Assembly: GCA_003599335.1 (NCBI GenBank)
Contig: QZJN01000007.1
Coordinates: forward strand, 812 to 64,811
Reading direction: 5' to 3'
Origin: Candidatus Parcubacteria bacterium
Lineage (GTDB): Bacteria; Patescibacteriota; Minisyncoccia; SURF-38
Length of the DNA: 64,000 nucleotides
In this document: piece by piece, positions 58,039-64,000 of the stretch
How positions within the stretch are numbered: the stretch's first letter is position 1
Layout: each line of letters begins with the position of its first letter
The notes under the pieces: model-generated
Databases searched by the model: none
Seen by the model: the letters and a program-made list of their open reading frames with translations, nothing else
What the model was told of the DNA's origin: nothing
Made by a program: the position numbers and the translations under genes

Positions 58039-58245
58039 TTAGAGACGGCGGGTAATGCGGCCCTTTGTTTTATCGTATTCGCTAAGCTCAACCTCGATTC
58101 TGTCGCCGGGTAAAATTCGGATTCTATACATCCGCATCTTCCCCGATAAATGCGCCAAAACTTCCTGGTTGTTGTCTAGCCTAACTTTAAAAAAACCAGA
58201 AGGCAAAGCTTCAACAACATCCCCAACAACCCTTTCTTTTGCCAT
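58039..58245 (-). CDS. infA: Translation initiation factor IF-1
   Basis: [32 protein letters not shown]. Confidence 0.97.
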   Translation of the reverse strand: MAKERVVGDVVEALPSGFFKVRLDNNQEVLAHLSGKMRMYRIRILPGDRIEVELSEYDKTKGRITRRL

Positions 58246-58280
58246 TTAAATGCTTGTCCTTTTTAACAAAATTTCTGTAA

Positions 58281-60017
58281 TTAGTCAACCTCCACCTTTA
58301 TTTTATCCAGATCTGACGGGGCTTTTCCCGACCAGAATGGCCAAAGTGTTATTTTTGCCCTTTCGATGCCAGATTCAGAAGCCAAAATACTCCTTATTTC
58401 GGACTCATCCTGACCCAAAACCTTTTTGGCCAACTTATCAACCTCAACCCTGGAAGCAATCGTCGCTTTAGTCTCAACTGAAGCAGAAAATGTCTGCTTG
58501 CTCGCATCAAGTAATGGCTCCGAATACATAAACCCTTCGGTGTTTTCGATAAATGTTGCCTGGGTCAATTTAACAGCTAACCTATCGCCAACAACCTGCT
58601 CAAGGTCTTTTTCCCTAAAAGCCATAAGGCTTAAAGAACCTTTAACAACGGCTTCAAAATTCTGGGCTCTGGATCCCGCCTTAAGCGGGCTTCTGAATTC
58701 TTCCACTTTTTTAACTTTAGCCTCTGCTATTACTTTTAAATCGCTTGGGATTCTCGTCTGCCATTCTTGTTCAAGAATATCAAACACTCTCTGCTCAAGT
58801 TGCTGTCTGGCTCTGTTTAAATCTTCTTCTGTAACAACCGAAACTTCTCCAGTGAAGCCTCCCCCGATCGGTGAATTTGATTTTCCGTAAAATCCGTTGA
58901 ATTTGGGAGAACCTTGAAACCCGGGAATGCTAAACGTTGTCGGGCCTATATTATAAGATTCTCCCGTGCCCTCAGCGACAACTTCGGCATCAATCGAATT
59001 TGGAATTATTTTTCCCTCTTCAACTTTGGCTCCTGGAACAACTATCTGTTTGGTTAGACGGAAAATTTTGCCATCGGGCGAAAGAAACCTTGTGTTTGCG
59101 ACAAGCGTTTGCGGCGAAGAGCTATAGGCATTAAAAACCTGAATGATCCCCCTGGCACTTTCTTCAACAAACTGACGCCCGCTGCTTGGCAAAACCGCAG
59201 AAACTTCTCTTTCAAGCCTTAAATATTGGCCCGGCAAAATACTTTTATTTCCAGGCCCAAAGCTGACAACCTGCTTGGCAGCCGCTGAAGCCTCAACATC
59301 AAAAGAAATATTCTCAAACTGACGTTTTGGTGTGATAATAACTTTAGCAGAAGGAAAAACAAACGAGCTCGCAAGGACAAAAATAATAACAACAGCAACA
59401 AAAAAACCCAAAAGAAAAAGTAGTTTTTTCTTCCTTCCTTCGTTGTTCCCAACTGCCAAAACTTCTTCCGGTTGCCTATTATCTTGAAAATCTTCCATCC
59501 ATGAATCAACTTGAGCTTCTGGTTGAGGCTCTGGAATAATTTTTTCGGGTCCAGGCTCAATCTCTTTTACTTTAGGTTCAACGGCTTTTTTGGCTCTGGA
59601 AGAAATTTTCTTCTTGGGAACTTCTTCTTTTTTTACCTCAATTGTTTTACTTACCCTTCTTGGACCATCAAGACTCTGCTTCACTGGAGAAATATCCGAA
59701 ACTTTAAGCGAAGTTTTTGCCGCGAGAGTTTCAAAATAATCGCTCCCGGGACGAACTCTATTTAAGGGCTTAACCAAAAAACCGGCCTTGGCCACGGATA
59801 TTTTAATTGTTTCATCGTCAGTAACGACAACTATTTTTTTGCGGGCACTGATGGTTTTTTCTTTTAAAAGTCTTAAAGCAACTTCGCTTTTTAAAACCTT
59901 ATAACCCTCCGGTACAACAAGACGCAATATTTCCTCGCGGGAAGACAAAATCTCTTCAACCAATTCGGCTAAAGATGTATTTTCTAAAACTTCGATTACC
60001 TTATCTGGACTTTTCAT
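58281..60017 (-). CDS. Conserved CPR membrane protein with baseplate-J-like C-terminal region
   Basis: Cytoplasmic N-domain, low-complexity linker, TM, then ARG.I.VFN...LVANTRF...G.SYNIGP...GG pattern. Confidence 0.65.
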   Translation of the reverse strand: MKSPDKVIEVLENTSLAELVEEILSSREEILRLVVPEGYKVLKSEVALRLLKEKTISARKKIVVVTDDETIKISVAKAGFLVKPLNRVRPGSDYFETLAAKTSLKVSDISPVKQSLDGPRRVSKTIEVKKEEVPKKKISSRAKKAVEPKVKEIEPGPEKIIPEPQPEAQVDSWMEDFQDNRQPEEVLAVGNNEGRKKKLLFLLGFFVAVVIIFVLASSFVFPSAKVIITPKRQFENISFDVEASAAAKQVVSFGPGNKSILPGQYLRLEREVSAVLPSSGRQFVEESARGIIQVFNAYSSSPQTLVANTRFLSPDGKIFRLTKQIVVPGAKVEEGKIIPNSIDAEVVAEGTGESYNIGPTTFSIPGFQGSPKFNGFYGKSNSPIGGGFTGEVSVVTEEDLNRARQQLEQRVFDILEQEWQTRIPSDLKVIAEAKVKKVEEFRSPLKAGSRAQNFEAVVKGSLSLMAFREKDLEQVVGDRLAVKLTQATFIENTEGFMYSEPLLDASKQTFSASVETKATIASRVEVDKLAKKVLGQDESEIRSILASESGIERAKITLWPFWSGKAPSDLDKIKVEVD

Positions 60018-61273
60018 TGTTTGCCTGATTGATTAAAAACTTGCAGAGCCTTACGTAAAATGATATCAGCTTGTGATGAAATATTATAATTACGGGTAAG
60101 CCATCTCACTGCCGAGAGTAAAGGAACAGCAGAAGGCCCCTCTAAACTCTCTGTTGAATCTATCACATCCTTTATATCCGATGGCAATAAAACTTCAATA
60201 CTTGGCTGTTTTGGAAAAGGAAGACCAACCAACCAAGAATTTTGTGAAAACATCTTTTTTACGAGACTAACCCTTATCCCGCCTCCGCACAAAAAAACTT
60301 TTTCGGGAAACCCACCGGCTGTTTCGGAAAAACCCTTAAGAGCCTGCACAACTGAATCTCTTAAAAGCTCCACTCTTCCCCTTATTCCATTTTCGAGTTT
60401 TCTTGTTTCAACCTGATCTAACTCCCCAAGCTCGTATTGAATCTTTTTTTGAACCGCTTCTTCAAAACTTAAAGAAAAAGTTTCCATAATGCCCTCTGTA
60501 ATCGCCTTGCCGCCAATCTGAGCCGATTGGATTCCTTCAATTATGGAATCCCTGGCAACAATAACATCCGTATTGGTCTGACCAATATCAATAACAATGG
60601 CCCCAAATTGAGTAAGGCTATGCTTCATCTGGGCGAGCGTCGTCGCAAAAACGCTCGAAACCAAACCTCTCGCGCTAAGTTTTAAAACTCCGACAATTTC
60701 ATCAAAAAAACCCTTCTGGCCTGAAGCAAGATAAAAAACCAAAAGCTTAACCTCTATCTCCGCCCCTTTAAAACCGATGGGATTAACAACATGATACCCG
60801 TCTATCTCCAGACGCTGTAAAGCCGCGCTTGCAATCACCGGCTTGAAAACACTTAAATCTTTTGCAACGGCGTTTTCAGATGCGTTTTTTAAAGCCCGTT
60901 CCAAAATACCCTGAAATTCGGCATCATAAATTCTCTCTTGGGGATTTTGACGCCTTTCCTTCCAAACATGTAAAACCCCCTTTAAGGTATCCCCGTTATA
61001 AACAACTATGCATTCGGAAGTTTTTGCTCTTGCAGCAGTTAATGCTTGGTTGATTGCTTTTTTTGCAACCTCTATTCCACCTTCAATACCTCTAAAATTA
61101 GAAGCTCCTTGTTGCTGGTTATAATATTCTCTTCCAATCCCAATGACATAGCCTATTTTTTTAACCTCATCCAAACTAACAACAACGGCCTTCACGGATC
61201 CTGAACCAAAATCCAAGACAATCACATGAGGTCCTCCAAATTTAGGTTTTTTTGCAAAGTCCCAAAACGCCAT
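60014..61273 (-). CDS. FtsA-like actin-fold ATPase
   Basis: LDFGSGSVKA, VIDIGQTNT, IGGKAIT, FLCGGG; IDGYHVVNPIGFKG insert. Confidence 0.8.
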   Translation of the reverse strand: MAFWDFAKKPKFGGPHVIVLDFGSGSVKAVVVSLDEVKKIGYVIGIGREYYNQQQGASNFRGIEGGIEVAKKAINQALTAARAKTSECIVVYNGDTLKGVLHVWKERRQNPQERIYDAEFQGILERALKNASENAVAKDLSVFKPVIASAALQRLEIDGYHVVNPIGFKGAEIEVKLLVFYLASGQKGFFDEIVGVLKLSARGLVSSVFATTLAQMKHSLTQFGAIVIDIGQTNTDVIVARDSIIEGIQSAQIGGKAITEGIMETFSLSFEEAVQKKIQYELGELDQVETRKLENGIRGRVELLRDSVVQALKGFSETAGGFPEKVFLCGGGIRVSLVKKMFSQNSWLVGLPFPKQPSIEVLLPSDIKDVIDSTESLEGPSAVPLLSAVRWLTRNYNISSQADIILRKALQVFNQSGKQ

Positions 61274-61314
61274 TAGCTAAAATTAGTTATATTTTCATTG
61301 TAATGCCTATCTCA

Positions 61315-63054
61315 TTAAGGCTCAACAACTGCCCTAATTCGGCGCACCCCGGCGCTGGAAGATTCTTCCTTGGTTATTTTAAACCTCCCTATCTCGCCGG
61401 TTCTTTGAACATGAGGTCCTCCACAAAGCTCCTTGGAATAATCTCCAATAGAATAGACATTTACCTCGGGAGGGTACTTAAGTTTAAAAAAAGCTCTTGC
61501 TCCAGATTTTAAAGCATCTTCCAATTTCATTTTAGTAATAGTTATAGGCAAATCTTCTTTTATTTTTTTATTTACAATTTCTTCAATTTTTTTAAGCTCT
61601 TCGGCGGCAACTTTACGGTTAAACTTAAAGTCAAATCGAGTACGCTCTGGTGTAATATCCGAACCTCTTTGCTCGATTTCATCACCCAATATGTCGTGCA
61701 ACGCCTGGTTTAAAAGATGCGTTGCTGTGTGCAACCGGGTCACTTTTTGAAGCTCTTGCTCGTTGCCGGCCTTAAGCTCACCCGTATCCATAATAAGCCC
61801 GTGCCCTCCAAATTTTTTTTCAACTCCAGCACGAGAAATTTCCTGATGTTTTGCAAGTTCCTTTTCAAACTCCTCTTTCGAGAAATTAACCCCCTTCTCT
61901 CTAGCCATCTCCTCTAAAAGCTCAAAAGGAAATCCATAACTTTGGTATAGATAAAACGATTCTCTTCCGCCAATAACCTTATGCTGAGCCATTTTTTCAA
62001 ACTCCTTTAGTCCCCTTTCTAAAGCTGACCCAAATTTTTCCTGCTCCAAAAGCAACACTTCAATAATTTCTTTCTTATGCTCGGCAAGCTCTAGATAGTA
62101 GTTTTTATAAAACTTAATTACTTCCTCCCCCAACATTTCGTAAAGCTTTACATCCAATTTGTGAAGTTTTGCAAGTCTGATAGCACGACGTAAAAGTCGC
62201 CTCAATATATATCCAGCTTCAACATTTGATGGCCGCACGCCATCGGCTATCAAAAACACCGCCCCTCGCAAGTGATCTGCTAGGATTCGTCCAACTCGGA
62301 CATCCTCAACATTAATCTTTTCTATTAGGGATGCAAACAAATCCGTCTCAAAAATCGTACTTTTGCCCTGCACAACCATTGCTAATCGTTCAAGCCCCAT
62401 TCCCGTATCAACCCCTGGAATAGACAACTTCTCTAATTTTTTATTTGAATGTTGAAAGTGCTCGTTAAAAACGATATTCCAAATTTCAACTCCTTTTACA
62501 TAAATTTCCGTCGTTGGCCCGCAGGGTCCTTGATTACCCGTTGGCCCCCAAAAGTTGTCTTCTCTACCGGCTTTATGAATATCTTTTTCTTTTATTCCAA
62601 GCGACTTCCAAATTTCTGCAGATTCTTTATCTTCCGGGACATCTCTATCGCCTCCAAACACCGAAACATAGTCAATTTTTAAACCAAGTTCCTTAACTAT
62701 AAATTCATAGGCATACTCAATCGCTTCTTTTTTAAAGTATCCGCCAAAAGAAAAATTTCCCAACATCTCAAAAAACGTAAGGTGAGACTCATCGCCAACT
62801 TCATTAATATCTGAAGTTCTGAAAGATTTTTGGATAGAAGCAACGTTTTTGGAACCAAGAGGCTTGCCCAAAGTTCCATGAATTGAAGTTAAAGGGTCGG
62901 CATCACCGGTGTAATATGGCTTAAATTGCTGCATTCCCGCGGTTGTTAAAAGCACCGACGGATCATCGGGCAAAAGCGAACTTGAAGGCACAATAACGTG
63001 CCCTTTTTTCTTAAAAAAATCTAAGAATTTATTGCGAAGTTCTTGCGAAATCAC
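61315..63054 (-). CDS. alaS: Alanine--tRNA ligase (short, lacking C-Ala domain)
   Basis: LLTTAGMQQFKPY, HLTFFEMLGNFS, DTGMGLER, HTATHLL, ELCGGPHV; GTG start. Confidence 0.96.
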   Translation of the reverse strand: MISQELRNKFLDFFKKKGHVIVPSSSLLPDDPSVLLTTAGMQQFKPYYTGDADPLTSIHGTLGKPLGSKNVASIQKSFRTSDINEVGDESHLTFFEMLGNFSFGGYFKKEAIEYAYEFIVKELGLKIDYVSVFGGDRDVPEDKESAEIWKSLGIKEKDIHKAGREDNFWGPTGNQGPCGPTTEIYVKGVEIWNIVFNEHFQHSNKKLEKLSIPGVDTGMGLERLAMVVQGKSTIFETDLFASLIEKINVEDVRVGRILADHLRGAVFLIADGVRPSNVEAGYILRRLLRRAIRLAKLHKLDVKLYEMLGEEVIKFYKNYYLELAEHKKEIIEVLLLEQEKFGSALERGLKEFEKMAQHKVIGGRESFYLYQSYGFPFELLEEMAREKGVNFSKEEFEKELAKHQEISRAGVEKKFGGHGLIMDTGELKAGNEQELQKVTRLHTATHLLNQALHDILGDEIEQRGSDITPERTRFDFKFNRKVAAEELKKIEEIVNKKIKEDLPITITKMKLEDALKSGARAFFKLKYPPEVNVYSIGDYSKELCGGPHVQRTGEIGRFKITKEESSSAGVRRIRAVVEP

Positions 63055-63059
63055 TTTGT

Positions 63060-64000
63060 TTATTTTAATACCATTGCCTGAGCTTCAAAATTCAACCCAA
63101 TTTTACTATTGTAACCTCCTTCCATCACTCCTCCGCCAAGTAGTTGATCCCCCTGATAAAAAACTAAAAATTGCCCTTCGGCCACTCCCCTTTGTGGCTT
63201 CTTCAAATTAACCTCAATACTTTTCCCTTTTTCCTCTACCCTGACTATCGCTGGTACATCCGGCTGTCTATATCTAATTTTAACATCCACCTCTAACGGC
63301 AATTTAGGCTCAACCCCAGAAACCCAGTTAATATTTATTAACCGGATTGTATCTTTGTATAAAATTGGGTCGGTTTCCTTGGCAACAATAAGCGTGTTTG
63401 TTTTATAGTCCTTACCAGCAACATACCACGGACCCGTACCGCCAATACCAACTCTCTCGCGCTGGCCGATTGTATAACCATTAAGGCCTGTATGTTCACC
63501 CATAACTTCTCCGCGATTGTCAACTATTACGCCCGATTTTAACTCCATAAACTTTTCAAGCACTTTTGGAAGTTCAATGTGCCCAACAAAGCAAAGACCT
63601 TGGGAATCTTTTTTATCTGCATTGAACAACCCATGCTCTCGCGCAATTTCACGAACCTGTGGCTTTGTAAGCTCTCCTATTGGAAATAAGGCATATTTCA
63701 GTTGCTCTCGAGTTAACTGACACAAAAAATAAGACTGATCTTTGTTGCTATCAACCGCCTTATAAAGTTTGTCGTCAATTTTTTTTACATAATGTCCGGT
63801 TGCAATAAAATCGTACCCAAACTCAATAGCTTTTTTTAGAAAAATACCAAACTTAATATGCTTGTTGCACAATACGTCCGGATTTGGCGTTCGTCCGGCT
63901 TTATACTCATCCAAAAAATATTGAAAAATTATATCACGATATTCCTGCTCAAAGTTAAATGTCTGAAACGGAATATCCAAATGCGCGGCAATCTGTAAAG
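63060..64000 (-). CDS. mnmA: tRNA 2-thiouridylase MnmA (5'-truncated by window edge)
   Basis: GRTPNPDVLCNKHIKF, IATGHY, KDQSYFL, DSQGLCF, YTIGQR. Confidence 0.96.
   Translation of the reverse strand, partial: LQIAAHLDIPFQTFNFEQEYRDIIFQYFLDEYKAGRTPNPDVLCNKHIKFGIFLKKAIEFGYDFIATGHYVKKIDDKLYKAVDSNKDQSYFLCQLTREQLKYALFPIGELTKPQVREIAREHGLFNADKKDSQGLCFVGHIELPKVLEKFMELKSGVIVDNRGEVMGEHTGLNGYTIGQRERVGIGGTGPWYVAGKDYKTNTLIVAKETDPILYKDTIRLININWVSGVEPKLPLEVDVKIRYRQPDVPAIVRVEEKGKSIEVNLKKPQRGVAEGQFLVFYQGDQLLGGGVMEGGYNSKIGLNFEAQAMVLK

Noticed and set aside
58281-60017. Prophage or tailocin inferred from the baseplate-J-like domain
   Set aside because: The protein is membrane anchored, sits among core genes and has no other phage structural genes nearby
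1-64000. CRISPR array or IS transposase
   Set aside because: No regularly spaced 25-45 bp repeats, cas genes or DDE/HUH transposase ORFs were seen

Overview
This is mostly a housekeeping chromosomal segment from a small-genome bacterium, most likely Patescibacteria/CPR of Parcubacteria type. That assignment is an inference from the shortened AspRS/AlaRS/DnaX, CPR-style VirD4-like, PEGA and baseplate-J-like proteins, presence of L9, TGA used as stop, and almost no biosynthetic genes. It carries six aminoacyl-tRNA synthetases, scpAB, cell-wall/shape genes (dac, mraY, ftsW, murG, alr, ftsQ, pbp2, mreBCD, a second mreB), a Xer recombinase, def/fmt, dnaX, holB and the alpha ribosomal operon. An accessory region follows tRNA-Gln(TTG), at about 20.7-28.8 kb. 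It holds a degenerate PP2C-like protein, an EamA transporter, a stand-alone AT-rich UG/Abi-class reverse transcriptase, a DUF2784-like protein, and a GC-rich block of self-contained promoter/SD/gene/hairpin units: a ParB/DGQHR-fold protein, three small unknown ORFs, and a class 1 dihydroorotate dehydrogenase bracketed by two related hairpins. Notable non-coding signals are three copies of the perfect 16-bp palindrome GTTAACAATTGTTAAC (two bracketing a small HTH gene, one in the island) and heptamer tandem repeats ending 7-8 nt before the start codons of rpmA, rpsK and dnaX. Family assignments come from motif recognition by eye and composition statements are visual estimates; no searches were run.
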